Shown here in pieces: positions 9,631 to 19,840 of a stretch of 64,000 nt of DNA. Source of the DNA: an uncultured Bacilli bacterium (GTDB lineage: Bacteria; Bacillota_I; Bacilli_A; RF39; UBA660). The notes beneath the pieces were generated by a model. The model worked only from the letters and a program-made list of their open reading frames with translations. It did no database searches and was not told the DNA's origin. The translations under genes were made by a program, and so were the position numbers. Numbering within the stretch: the stretch's first letter is position 1; every line of letters starts with the position of its first letter. Where the stretch lies: NCBI GenBank assembly GCA_934101425.1, contig CAKOQQ010000002.1, forward strand, positions 8,141 through 72,140, read 5' to 3'.

Positions 9631-11823
9631 TCAACTATCTTCTTTTGTTATTTTATCATTTAAAGTTACTACAAGTTTATCTTCTTTTAATACAGCAGTT
9701 CCTTCTTTAATAGACTGATTAACAACAAAACCAGTTCCCTCTATTTCATAACTTATATTAGCTAAATTACAGTAATTTATAACATCTGTTCTAGACCAAC
9801 CTATCATATTAGGAACTATAACATGTTTATTATTAGTTACTAAGAATACTTTATCATTACTGATAACAGTAACTCCTTTATATGGATACTGATTAATTAT
9901 TCTATCTCCATTACCAATAGTAATAACTTTAATACCATTCTTTTCTAAATTACTTTTAATAGATTCAGTACTAGCATTTATATAATTATCTAATGTAATT
10001 TTTTTATTTAAAGTAGAACTACTATTAGTTCCATATATATTTAATGTTTTAGAAACATTTTTAATTACATCTTTTACTGATGCAAATATAGGGCTAGTAT
10101 AAGTAGATGATGTTTTAGTCGCTGTATAGATTATAATTTCAGGATCATCTTTTGGAAACATGCCTGCAAAAGATGATATATAAATAGTACTACTATAAGA
10201 ATTAGTCTTATTGTTATATACTTGAGCAGTACCCGTTTTACCTATAATATCATATCCATCAATTCTATAATAAGATCCAGTACCAGTAGGACCATTTACT
10301 ACACTATACATAAGATCTTTTATCTTACTTACAGTGCTATCGCTTATTACTCTATCACTTTCACTTATCTTATTTTGATATATAGTTTTATTAGTATTAG
10401 TATCAACTATTTTATCAATAATATACGGTTTTAACATCTTACCATTATTTGAAATAACAGTTAAACCTTGCAATTGTTGTACAACATTAGTAGATATCCC
10501 TTGTCCGAAAGCAGCAGAAGCAACTTCAATAGGATAATTAAAATCTATAGTACCCTTCTTTTCATATTTAGTATCTTTACCTGATACTTCTTTTATAACA
10601 CCATCATATATACCAGTTGTTTTATCAAAACCATACTTTTCTAGGCAATCTCTTAGTTCAGCTTTAGTAATAACATCTTGAGTTAAATATGATACACCTA
10701 CATTACTTGAACGAGCAAATCCTTCATCATAAGTAATAGTTCCCCAACCAATTCTATTCCAGTCTCTTATTACAAGTTCTTTACCTTTAGAATCGGTTCC
10801 CATAGAAAGTGATCCAGACTTAAAGGTATTAGAACCATTATATTTACCTGATTCTATAGCACACATATAAGTATATATCTTCATTACACTACCAGGTTCA
10901 TATATTCTACCAATTAATGGATCTTCATAATTAGTAACATTCTTTTTATTAGGATCAAAAGATGGTGAGGTAGAAAAACCTAATATAGCTCCTGTTTTAG
11001 CATCTAAAATAGCCATAATAGTCCATTCAACACTCATATTCTTCTCTATGTTATCAATACCTTTTTCTACAAACCTTTGAATTTGTGAATCAATAGTTAA
11101 ATAAATATCTTTACCATTAATACTTTCTACTTTTTCTTCTGGTGTATCAGGTATTTTATAACCGAATCTATCTCTTTGATATTTATAATATCCATTACTA
11201 CCTTGTAATATATCATTAAAGTATTTTTCAATACCAAGTTCCCCTACTATTCTAGTAGTTGCATTATTATTTTCATCTACATCATCATAATTTTTAGCAT
11301 AACCTAATATATATGATGCAAAATCACTATTACGATAATATCTTTTATAACCTTCTACAAAATCTATACCCGGTAAATTTAAATTAGTAATTTCTTCTTT
11401 AGTAAGTTCTGATATACCTCTTCCACCAGGACCTAATTCTACTTGATATAAATTCTTATTAAATAATTTTATTAAATCTTCTTCTTTCATATTTAGTATA
11501 GGTGCTAAAAGAGACGCCGTAGCTTCTTTATCTTTTACATAATCATTACCACGAGAACTACTTAAATATGCTATTACAGTATAAGAAGACATATTAACTG
11601 CTAATATATTATCACTACTATCATATATAGTTCCTCTATTAGCATATAAGATTTTAGATACAGTATTTCTATTCATAGCAAATTCTTTCATATTAATACC
11701 ATCAATAGTTTTAGCTGTTGCTAAATAAAAGTATCTAATATAAAACAAAAATAATATTAATAAAAAAAGATAAAATAATTTCATAGGTTTTGCACCTTCA
11801 AATATCTTTTTATCTTTTTTCAT
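9631..11823 (-). CDS. Class B penicillin-binding protein (transpeptidase) with C-terminal PASTA domains (FtsI/SpoVD/PBP2B-like).
   Basis: It has an N-terminal TM segment, a PBP dimerisation domain, an SVMK-containing transpeptidase domain and C-terminal PASTA repeats. It sits in the dcw cluster. Confidence 0.9.
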   Translation of the reverse strand: MKKDKKIFEGAKPMKLFYLFLLILFLFYIRYFYLATAKTIDGINMKEFAMNRNTVSKILYANRGTIYDSSDNILAVNMSSYTVIAYLSSSRGNDYVKDKEATASLLAPILNMKEEDLIKLFNKNLYQVELGPGGRGISELTKEEITNLNLPGIDFVEGYKRYYRNSDFASYILGYAKNYDDVDENNNATTRIVGELGIEKYFNDILQGSNGYYKYQRDRFGYKIPDTPEEKVESINGKDIYLTIDSQIQRFVEKGIDNIEKNMSVEWTIMAILDAKTGAILGFSTSPSFDPNKKNVTNYEDPLIGRIYEPGSVMKIYTYMCAIESGKYNGSNTFKSGSLSMGTDSKGKELVIRDWNRIGWGTITYDEGFARSSNVGVSYLTQDVITKAELRDCLEKYGFDKTTGIYDGVIKEVSGKDTKYEKKGTIDFNYPIEVASAAFGQGISTNVVQQLQGLTVISNNGKMLKPYIIDKIVDTNTNKTIYQNKISESDRVISDSTVSKIKDLMYSVVNGPTGTGSYYRIDGYDIIGKTGTAQVYNNKTNSYSSTIYISSFAGMFPKDDPEIIIYTATKTSSTYTSPIFASVKDVIKNVSKTLNIYGTNSSSTLNKKITLDNYINASTESIKSNLEKNGIKVITIGNGDRIINQYPYKGVTVISNDKVFLVTNNKHVIVPNMIGWSRTDVINYCNLANISYEIEGTGFVVNQSIKEGTAVLKEDKLVVTLNDKITKEDS

Positions 11824-11834
11824 TTTTTCACCTT

Positions 11835-12116
11835 CTAATCTTCAACTACTATGATGTTTTCATATTTATAAGTTAAACCCATTTCTTTTGCAACACTTTC
11901 TATTTTATCAAAAGAAGTAAGTTCGTTTACTTTCATAGTTAAACTTTCATTCTTTTTTTCTTGTTCACTAATATCGTATTTTAACTTTTCAACACTCATA
12001 TTTAAATTACCAACATTAGCTCGTGCAAAAACTTCTACTAATAACATTATAGCAATACAAGATAATGATGTAAACCATAATAATTTTTCCCCTGTAGTTA
12101 TTCTTTTCTTTTTCAT
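11835..12116 (-). CDS. ftsL: Cell division protein FtsL.
   Basis: This is a 93-aa bitopic protein with one TM segment and a coiled coil, located between rsmH and the pbp gene. Confidence 0.75.
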   Translation of the reverse strand: MKKKRITTGEKLLWFTSLSCIAIMLLVEVFARANVGNLNMSVEKLKYDISEQEKKNESLTMKVNELTSFDKIESVAKEMGLTYKYENIIVVED

Positions 12117-12117
12117 T

Positions 12118-13023
12118 TTATCTTACCCTTTCAATTACTCTTAATTTTGCACTTCTAGCTCTTTTATTATTCAATATTTCATCTTCTGTTGGTTCAAGTG
12201 TTTTAACTAATTTATACTTTGGAAGTAATTCTTCTGGTACAATAGGTAATTTTTTTAAACTATTATCCATTGTGCTATTTTCTTTAAATATATCTTTTAC
12301 TATTTTATCTTCTAAAGAATGGAAAGTAATAACACATATTCTTCCACCAACTTTTATTAAATCTAATGCATCTGTTAAGCTTTTTTTAAGTACATCTAAT
12401 TCATCATTTACTTCAATTCTAATTGCTTGAAAAATCTTTCTAGCTGGATGATGCTCTCTTTTATATTTATCTGGTACTGCACTTTTGATTATTTCAACAA
12501 GTTCTAAAGTAGTTTCAATTTCCTTTTTTTCTCTTTCCTCTACTATTTTTTTAGCAATACTATTTGAGAATTTTTCTTCACCATATTTATAAAATATATC
12601 TCTTAATTCTTCATAACTATATTCATTAACAACTTTATATGCGTCTAATTTGCTATCTTGATTCATTCTCATATCAAGTCTAGCATCACTATGAAAGCTA
12701 AAGCCTCTATAGTCAGTATCAAGTTGTGGACTTGATACACCCAAATCATATAAAATGCCATCTACTTCTTCATTTATATTTTCTTTTAAATTAACAAAGT
12801 TACTATTTATAATCTTATAGTTAGTACCAATTTTTTTTAATCTTTCATCGCTATATTTTATAGCTTCTTTATCTTGATCGAATGAGTATAAAAATCCATT
12901 TGGAATTCTTTTAAGTATTTCACTGCTGTGTCCACCATATCCAAGTGTACAATCAATTATTTTGCTATCACTTTTTAAATTTAAATATTTAATACTTTCT
13001 TCTAATAAAACACTAATATGCAT
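12118..13023 (-). CDS. rsmH: 16S rRNA (cytosine1402-N4)-methyltransferase RsmH (MraW).
   Basis: It has the HISVLLEE...GHS motifs and lies downstream of mraZ. Confidence 0.92.
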   Translation of the reverse strand: MHISVLLEESIKYLNLKSDSKIIDCTLGYGGHSSEILKRIPNGFLYSFDQDKEAIKYSDERLKKIGTNYKIINSNFVNLKENINEEVDGILYDLGVSSPQLDTDYRGFSFHSDARLDMRMNQDSKLDAYKVVNEYSYEELRDIFYKYGEEKFSNSIAKKIVEEREKKEIETTLELVEIIKSAVPDKYKREHHPARKIFQAIRIEVNDELDVLKKSLTDALDLIKVGGRICVITFHSLEDKIVKDIFKENSTMDNSLKKLPIVPEELLPKYKLVKTLEPTEDEILNNKRARSAKLRVIERVR

Positions 13024-13469
13024 TATATTTCCAAATTAGTAGCAAATAATTTATCAGCAATTTCACTCATACATTCTTCATTTTCGCTTATGAAATTATC
13101 CCAACGTTCTTTGTCCCATATTTCTAATCGATCATTAACACCAATAATTACGCATTCGCGTTTTAAAGTGGCATATTTTACTAATACTGGAGGAATATTA
13201 ATTCTACCTTGTTTATCAAACTCAGCATAAGTGGCACCTGATAAAAATGTTCTCATGAAATTACGGGTATCTTTAATATTAGGTAATTCTTCGTATTTAG
13301 ATATTATTTTTACCCATTTATCTTTAGGATAAATAAATAAGCAATTATCTAAACCTCTAGTTATGACAAAATCTTCTTTTAATTCGCTTCTTAATTTAGA
13401 AGGAATAATTATTCTCCCCTTTTCATCAATATTATGATGATATTCACCTATGAACATTTTTATCACCAC
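13023..13469 (-). CDS. mraZ: Transcriptional regulator MraZ.
   Basis: The N-terminus is GEYHHNIDEKGRIIIP and the protein has a duplicated MraZ fold. Confidence 0.92.
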   Translation of the reverse strand: MVIKMFIGEYHHNIDEKGRIIIPSKLRSELKEDFVITRGLDNCLFIYPKDKWVKIISKYEELPNIKDTRNFMRTFLSGATYAEFDKQGRINIPPVLVKYATLKRECVIIGVNDRLEIWDKERWDNFISENEECMSEIADKLFATNLEI

Positions 13470-13569
13470 TTTTCCCCACTTTTTACCACTCTATGATTAT
13501 ATTTTATACTTTTTAATGGTTTTTGTAAAGGCTTTTTACTTAAAAAATAAAAAAAAGAGGTTACCCTCT

Positions 13570-13692
13570 TTAATACCATAACCAAGAACCAATAATGATT
13601 GCAAGTAGAATATATAATACAACTATTACTACATATCCAAATGAAGCATTATTTTCCTTAGGTGCTTGATTATTACTGCTAGCACAAGCCAT
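13570..13692 (-). CDS. Tiny transmembrane protein of 40 aa (YjcZ / tiny_TM_bacill-like).
   Basis: The product is MACASSNNQAPKENNASFGYVVIVVLYILLAIIIGSWLWY. It is preceded by an AAGGAGGT RBS 7 nt upstream. Confidence 0.5.
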   Translation of the reverse strand: MACASSNNQAPKENNASFGYVVIVVLYILLAIIIGSWLWY

Positions 13693-13710
13693 TAAATCAC
13701 CTCCTTAGAC

Positions 13711-13794
13711 TTATATGTAAGCCCCAAGTATGATAATTAAAAGAATAAATAATACTAAGACAATAGCAGCACTAGATATACCTGAATTACACAT
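13711..13794 (-). CDS. Tiny transmembrane protein of 27 aa (YjcZ / tiny_TM_bacill-like), in tandem with the previous gene.
   Basis: The product is MCNSGISSAAIVLVLFILLIIILGAYI. It is preceded by a GGAGGAAAG RBS. Confidence 0.5.
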   Translation of the reverse strand: MCNSGISSAAIVLVLFILLIIILGAYI

Positions 13795-13870
13795 AAAACT
13801 TTCCTCCTTTTTCTCTTTCTAACTTATTTTATGGCAAAAACTAATATATGTGATTACTTTCATTAAAATA

Positions 13871-13898
13871 TTGTATTTTTTATTTTTTTTGGTATAAT
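13871..13898 (+). promoter_or_regulatory. Sigma-A-type promoter for prsA.
   Basis: TTGTAT, a 16-nt spacer and TATAAT lie about 25 nt upstream of the start codon. Confidence 0.5.
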
Positions 13899-13922
13899 TA
13901 TAAGTGTATTTGAAAGGATGAT

Positions 13923-14984
13923 ATGATGGCAAATAAAAAGAAAGTTGAAATTATAGAAAAAAATGAAACGCATGATATTAGTGATAAAGTAAAAACTTTA
14001 ATCTTATTAATTGGTTGGATTGGAACAGCTATTGCATTAGTAATAGTATTGTTAGTTAAAAAAGTTCCAAAACTAGATAATGGTTCTGAAGTAGTAGCTA
14101 GTATAGATGGATATAAATTAACAGCTAATGACTTATATGATAATTTAAGAGATGCTAGTGGATACTATGTATTAACTGATTTAATTGATAATTTTATAGC
14201 TAAGAAAGAAATTACCGATACTACTAAAGCATATGAATATGCTGACTCTTATATAGAATCATTTAAAATTCAATATGAAAAAGCTGGTAATGACTTTGAT
14301 GCTTATATTAAATCTACTGGTAAAAAATTAGAAGATATAAGAGAAAGTATTGCTATGACATATTTAGTAGATATGGCAGCTAGAAACTATATTAAAAGTG
14401 AAATAACTGATAAAGAAATAAATGCATACTATAAAGATAATATTTATGAAGAATTAACAGTAAGACATATTTTAATTAAAACAAATGTTAGTAAAGATGC
14501 TACAGATGAAGAAAAATCTAAAGCAAAAGCAGAAGCTCTTAAAAAAGCAAATGAAATACTTGCAAAATATAAGAATGGTGAAAAATTCGAAGATTTAGCT
14601 AAAACTTATTCAGAAGATACTGGTACTAAAGATGATGGCGGATTATACGCTAACTTTAATAAAACAAATACAGATGCTGCATTCTTTAAAGCTGCATATG
14701 CACTTAAAGATGGTGAAGTAACTAGTAGCCCAGTTCTAAGTGAATATGGTTACCATATTATATTAAAAGTTGGTAATAATGAAAAACCTAAATTAGAAAA
14801 TGTTAAAGAAGAAATATTAAAAGGAATTCTTGATAATAAAATTAAAAAAGATAGCACATTAATTGATAAATCATGGGTTAAATTAAGAGAAAAATACAAC
14901 TTACAAATATTTGATACAAAATTAAATGAAACATATAAAGTAATGGCAGAAAATACAAAAAATAAAAAAGCAACTAATAATTAG
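13923..14984 (+). CDS. prsA: Foldase PrsA (parvulin-type peptidyl-prolyl isomerase), membrane-anchored.
   Basis: There is an N-terminal TM anchor and a parvulin domain (LTVRHILIK...GEVTSSPVLSEYGYHIILKV). Confidence 0.85.
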   Translation: MMANKKKVEIIEKNETHDISDKVKTLILLIGWIGTAIALVIVLLVKKVPKLDNGSEVVASIDGYKLTANDLYDNLRDASGYYVLTDLIDNFIAKKEITDTTKAYEYADSYIESFKIQYEKAGNDFDAYIKSTGKKLEDIRESIAMTYLVDMAARNYIKSEITDKEINAYYKDNIYEELTVRHILIKTNVSKDATDEEKSKAKAEALKKANEILAKYKNGEKFEDLAKTYSEDTGTKDDGGLYANFNKTNTDAAFFKAAYALKDGEVTSSPVLSEYGYHIILKVGNNEKPKLENVKEEILKGILDNKIKKDSTLIDKSWVKLREKYNLQIFDTKLNETYKVMAENTKNKKATNN

Positions 14985-15748
14985 TTGCTTTTTTCATTTA
15001 TTATCTTATCTATTTCATAAGAACTATAGCCTTTTTGAAATAATTTATTTTTTATTTCACATTTTAGTTTATCATCACTATATTTTAATGATAACTTTTT
15101 AAATAATTTATTATATTCTTTTAAAATGGCACTACTATCATCAGTTATATTCTTATCAAAATAATAAACTATTTTTTCTTTATCATAACCTAAATTTATT
15201 AAATCATATATAATTTTTTGTTTAAGCAAATAATTAGACTTATTACTATTACTTTTTATCTTTTTAATAACTATTTTTTCTAATTTTTCATCTATAATAG
15301 ATTCATCTAAATTAGATAAAACATCACTAATAATGTTATCATTTATTCCATAATCTATAAGATCAGATTGTATTTTACTTACTCCATCTTTACTTAGATA
15401 AAGTCTATCATATAGATATGCTTTAGCAAAATTAGTATCATTTATTAAATTAACACTTTTAAGTCTACTAATTATTTTACCTTTATCTATTACATTATTC
15501 TTTTCTAAATAATCATTTATTTCTTTTTCACTTCTAAGTCTTTTTGATATCATTTTTACTACTTTATTATATATATCATAATATGTATTATCTTTATATA
15601 ACTCATTTAATTTATCATTATCCATCTCTTTATTATATAATAAATTATTTTTTAATATAACATCATCATAAGTAATGATACTTTGATCATTATCTAATTC
15701 TAATTTATATTTTCCACTCTTTAATTTTTTTATTTTTTCTATTTTCAT
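14981..15748 (-). CDS. recX: RecX-family regulatory protein.
   Basis: The N-terminus is KIEKIKKLKSGKYKLELDNDQSI and the protein has three RecX-like helical repeats. Confidence 0.65.
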   Translation of the reverse strand: MKIEKIKKLKSGKYKLELDNDQSIITYDDVILKNNLLYNKEMDNDKLNELYKDNTYYDIYNKVVKMISKRLRSEKEINDYLEKNNVIDKGKIISRLKSVNLINDTNFAKAYLYDRLYLSKDGVSKIQSDLIDYGINDNIISDVLSNLDESIIDEKLEKIVIKKIKSNSNKSNYLLKQKIIYDLINLGYDKEKIVYYFDKNITDDSSAILKEYNKLFKKLSLKYSDDKLKCEIKNKLFQKGYSSYEIDKIINEKSN

Positions 15749-15770
15749 TTTGCCTCCTAGAAAAAAACAA

Positions 15771-15968
15771 CTAATCTTTAGGTGTAATTAGTTGTTTAGC
15801 TATTTCTTCTAGCGCTCTACCTATGTTTTTCTTAGAAACATATTCGCTTTCTTTCATTTGATAATGGTTAGTTTCAGACATTTCTTTTGCTCTTTTTGCT
15901 ACTATATTAACAAGTAAGTATTTAGAACCTACTATAGTTAAAATATTATCAATTGAAGGATAAATCAT
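15771..15968 (-). CDS. rpoZ: DNA-directed RNA polymerase subunit omega.
   Basis: The N-terminus is MIYPSIDNILTIVGSKYLLVNIVAKRAKEM. Confidence 0.85.
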   Translation of the reverse strand: MIYPSIDNILTIVGSKYLLVNIVAKRAKEMSETNHYQMKESEYVSKKNIGRALEEIAKQLITPKD

Positions 15969-16039
15969 TTTATCACTCTCCTAATATGATAATATAATAA
16001 TTATTATATTATTTCAAGCAAATAGAAAAAATTTTACAA

Positions 16040-17896
16040 TTATTGACAATCACTAGAATGTTCTAAAACTAATTTTCTAAGTCCTTTAAGTATTTCTACC
16101 ATAGCCCAAGTATCCTGAGCACAATAAATTTCTAAAGACTTATACATATAATCAAACATTTTTTTATCAAAAGTCGGAAATTTAGCATATGCACTAGAAG
16201 CTTCCATACCATTAGATACTTCTAAATCTTTATAACTTAAATTAGTAAATATCGGTAAAATCTTTTTAATTGAAAAAGAACCACTCATATCTTTATGATA
16301 ATAATTAAAAATAGAGCTATCAGTAGAATATCCTAAACTTTCATATAATTTTTTATTGCCTTTTAAAATAAACATAAGATCAAATATCATATCTCTCATT
16401 TTTAGTAGTTTATCACTATATTGAGGAAATATTTGTGCAAGCTCTTTTAACCTACTCTTTTCAAAACTTTCATTGTAAACAAGGATAGTACCTTTACTAG
16501 TATCTATAAATTCTATCATTTTTTTAATTAATTCTTCCCTTAAATCATCATGATTATAAGCTAAAAAACCATAATGATCTAATTCTTTATCACAAACTGA
16601 AGGACTTTTTTCTATATGAAGTGAAAATTGAAATACTGATTGTGTATAACATTTTTCCCCTCTAAATCTAGGTAAAGGAGAGGGAAATGTTTCAAAATCC
16701 AAGTGATATATTGGATAAGATATACTATTTATACCATCTCTTATTTTTTCATAGTTAATATATGGTTTACCTGTTACAGTAACTTCTTTTTGAATTTTAT
16801 TTTTTTCTCTATTTAAAAGTTCATCTGGTACATCTTCTATTTTATACATTCCCTCTTTTATTAAATCAAATTTGTCATATTTTTTACCATTATTTAAAGT
16901 AAATCCATAATGACTATCTAAATAATTTAATATAGAATTTACTTTAGGCAATTTACTAGAACATATACCAAAATATTTACAACCATATGTTTTTTTATTT
17001 TCACAATAATACCCTATAGGATATTCATCTATTTTTAAATCATATATATAACTTTCTACTTTTCTTCTATCTAAATCTATAGATTCTTGTAAATCTCTAG
17101 TTAAATTTGTTACATCAAAGTAACTAATAATATCACCATTTTTACCAGTTTCATAAATAGCTTCTCCATTTAAATATTTACCATCAAATATATAAGAACT
17201 ATTTAATACTGCCAAATAATATCTAATGTTTTTATCCTCTACATTATGACTCTTTAAATCATTTTCAATAATATATCTTTGAACTGCAATATCATAAATG
17301 TAATGACCTACTGAACTATATTTATCCAACAATTTACTTCTTATTTTATTATAATCTTCTATAGACATATCATCTATAGTGTCTTCTTCTAATAAATGAT
17401 ATATATTATCTTTACCTAAATAAAATATAGGAATTAGTTTACCATCTATCTTTTTACCCAATTCTAAAAACTTTTTAGATGTTGTAGCTTTTACTTCAAT
17501 AATATTAAAATGATCATCCACTTCATTATATATGTCTACATAACACAAATACTTAATACCATTTACAGAAAAATCAAAACTCTCTTGATTTTTCGTATCC
17601 CAAGCATAAGTAAACTTACCTTTAAAATATTTATGTGCAAGAGATCCTGCAAGTAACTCTATTCTATTATAATATGGAAGCATAACTTCCATATTATCAC
17701 TTATCTTATCTATAACATCCACGCCATCCGAATCAAACATACCATCCATAAGTTCTCTAATTACTTCTTCTTTTTCAGAAGCTCTATATTCTTCAACAGT
17801 TACATTTGCTTCTAATTTTTCTTTTTTTATATCATCTAAAGCTACATACCTAGGACATCTTACATAATTTATAAATTTAGTTTTTGTTACAGCCAC
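16040..17896 (-). CDS. Uncharacterised DUF2779-like protein (N-terminal Cas4/PD-(D/E)XK-like region with a Cys cluster and a C-terminal RNase-H/DnaQ-like fold).
   Basis: This is a 618-aa product. The N-terminus is TKTKFINYVRCPRYVAL, with a CxxxxC...C cluster (YYCENKKTYGCKYFGIC). The C-terminal half carries acidic motifs (YHLDFETF...ILVYNESFE...YCAQDTWAM). Confidence 0.5.
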   Translation of the reverse strand: MAVTKTKFINYVRCPRYVALDDIKKEKLEANVTVEEYRASEKEEVIRELMDGMFDSDGVDVIDKISDNMEVMLPYYNRIELLAGSLAHKYFKGKFTYAWDTKNQESFDFSVNGIKYLCYVDIYNEVDDHFNIIEVKATTSKKFLELGKKIDGKLIPIFYLGKDNIYHLLEEDTIDDMSIEDYNKIRSKLLDKYSSVGHYIYDIAVQRYIIENDLKSHNVEDKNIRYYLAVLNSSYIFDGKYLNGEAIYETGKNGDIISYFDVTNLTRDLQESIDLDRRKVESYIYDLKIDEYPIGYYCENKKTYGCKYFGICSSKLPKVNSILNYLDSHYGFTLNNGKKYDKFDLIKEGMYKIEDVPDELLNREKNKIQKEVTVTGKPYINYEKIRDGINSISYPIYHLDFETFPSPLPRFRGEKCYTQSVFQFSLHIEKSPSVCDKELDHYGFLAYNHDDLREELIKKMIEFIDTSKGTILVYNESFEKSRLKELAQIFPQYSDKLLKMRDMIFDLMFILKGNKKLYESLGYSTDSSIFNYYHKDMSGSFSIKKILPIFTNLSYKDLEVSNGMEASSAYAKFPTFDKKMFDYMYKSLEIYCAQDTWAMVEILKGLRKLVLEHSSDCQ

Positions 17897-18512
17897 TATC
17901 TATCAACTCATACATTCTATCAATATCTTCATTAGAATAAGTATTATCTTTTATTTTTTCTATTTCATAATAAATTTCACTAATATATTTAACATTAAAT
18001 CCTGTAGCAAAATTATCATTAGAAACTTTACCTTTACCAACAATTAAGTATTTCTTTATTTCATTAGTATTAGTAACTTTTTTAATATGTTCTACCTCTT
18101 CATTTATTTTATCTAAAAAGTTTACTATAGTTCCTTCTTTGCCACCTTTTTCTTTATAATATAACTTATTATTATCTAATAATTTTATTTCACCATCTAT
18201 ACTTAATACATTTATAGTCATAATACCAAAACTAGAAATAAATATTAAATCTATATATTTATCATCAGTAATTATCTTATGATACTTTTGTGTATTATTT
18301 ATAATAGAATATAATTGTTCCTTTTTGCTAGTATATTTAATTGCTTTCTTATTCTTTTTATAATCAATAATAGATTTAATAAACGCAATTAGTAACATAA
18401 TAACAACTGGTACCCACAAGTATAATTGTACAATTGCACCCATCATTGATTGAAGAACAATTAAAATTGCTCCTAATGTACAAAGAATAAATAAGACAAT
18501 ACTAATTATCAT
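17877..18512 (-). CDS. NERD-domain (nuclease-related domain) membrane protein.
   Basis: There are two N-terminal TM helices, then HKIITDDKYIDLIFISSFGIMTINV...G, which resembles the NERD core. The gene overlaps the downstream DUF2779 gene by 20 nt. Confidence 0.5.
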   Translation of the reverse strand: MIISIVLFILCTLGAILIVLQSMMGAIVQLYLWVPVVIMLLIAFIKSIIDYKKNKKAIKYTSKKEQLYSIINNTQKYHKIITDDKYIDLIFISSFGIMTINVLSIDGEIKLLDNNKLYYKEKGGKEGTIVNFLDKINEEVEHIKKVTNTNEIKKYLIVGKGKVSNDNFATGFNVKYISEIYYEIEKIKDNTYSNEDIDRMYELIDSGCNKN

Positions 18513-19783
18513 TCAATCACCTTATAAATAAGTGGATTTACTTCTCCTAAAGATGGAGCAATAGTAAAGCACTCTGTTATTTCATTTATGTTTACATCAG
18601 TTTCATCTAAATATACTTTAATAAGCTCTTCATCTTCAAGTACATAATCACCTATTTTTTTATTTAAAACAAATCCAACTCCATAATGTATCTTATCTTC
18701 TTTTTTTAATCTACCTGCACCTATTTTTCTTGCTATTTCACCTAAACCATAATTATCTATTTTAGTAACAAATCCTGTTTTACCACTTTTAATAGAGAAT
18801 TCTTTTGTAGATACATCTATATTATTTATATTTCCTTTTTGATATTTGATAAATTCATAGAATTTTTCTAAAGCTGCTCCATTTTTTAAACTTTCTTCTA
18901 ACTTACTACGTGAATCACTAATAGAAATATCTTGAGCAAGTGATACCATAATACTTCCAATAGTTAATGATAATTCACGAACATCATTTTTTACGTTACC
19001 TTTAAGTACTTCAAGAGCTTCAACAACTTCTAATCCATTGCCCACATTATTACCTAAAGGTTGATTCATGTCACTTAATACACAAACTACTTTAACATTA
19101 TAACTACGACCTATTTTTATCATAGTTTCTGCAAGTTTAGTTGCATCATCAATATTTTTCATAAGTGCACCATTACCAACTTTTAAATCAATAACAATTT
19201 TATTAGATCCAGATGCTATCTTTTTACTCATGATTGATGAAGCTATTAAAGGAATAGATTCAGTAGTGCCACTAACATCACGAAGAGCATATATTTTTTT
19301 ATCAGCTGGAACTAAATTTCCTGTTTGACTAGCAACTACAATTCCAATATCATGAACTTGTTTTATAAATTCTTCAGTAGTTAAACTAGTAGTAAACCCT
19401 TCTATAGATTCTAATTTATCAATAGTTCCACCAGTATAACCTAGTCCCCTACCACTCATTTTAGGAACTACTACACCGACACTGGAAACTAGTGGAGCTA
19501 CTACAAGAGTAACCTTATCACCTATACCACCAGTTGAATGCTTATCTACTTTAACACCTGGAATATCACTTAAATCAATCTTATCACCACTATTTATCAT
19601 AGCATCTGTTAAATATAAAGTTTCATCTAAATCCATACCATTTATACATATAGCCATAAGTAGTGAACTCATTTGATAATCAGGAATATTTCCATTTACG
19701 AAATTAGTAATAACATAATTAATTTCTTCATTTGTTAATTTTTCATTTAATCTTTTTTTATTTATTATATCTATTATATTCAT
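18509..19783 (-). CDS. pdp: Pyrimidine-nucleoside (thymidine) phosphorylase.
   Basis: It has the KHSTGGIGDK and SGRGLGYTGGT motifs. Confidence 0.9.
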   Translation of the reverse strand: MNIIDIINKKRLNEKLTNEEINYVITNFVNGNIPDYQMSSLLMAICINGMDLDETLYLTDAMINSGDKIDLSDIPGVKVDKHSTGGIGDKVTLVVAPLVSSVGVVVPKMSGRGLGYTGGTIDKLESIEGFTTSLTTEEFIKQVHDIGIVVASQTGNLVPADKKIYALRDVSGTTESIPLIASSIMSKKIASGSNKIVIDLKVGNGALMKNIDDATKLAETMIKIGRSYNVKVVCVLSDMNQPLGNNVGNGLEVVEALEVLKGNVKNDVRELSLTIGSIMVSLAQDISISDSRSKLEESLKNGAALEKFYEFIKYQKGNINNIDVSTKEFSIKSGKTGFVTKIDNYGLGEIARKIGAGRLKKEDKIHYGVGFVLNKKIGDYVLEDEELIKVYLDETDVNINEITECFTIAPSLGEVNPLIYKVIE

Positions 19784-19840
19784 ACCTCACCTCATTATAA
19801 TATAATTATATCAATATTTTATAAAATAAAAAAGGTAAAA

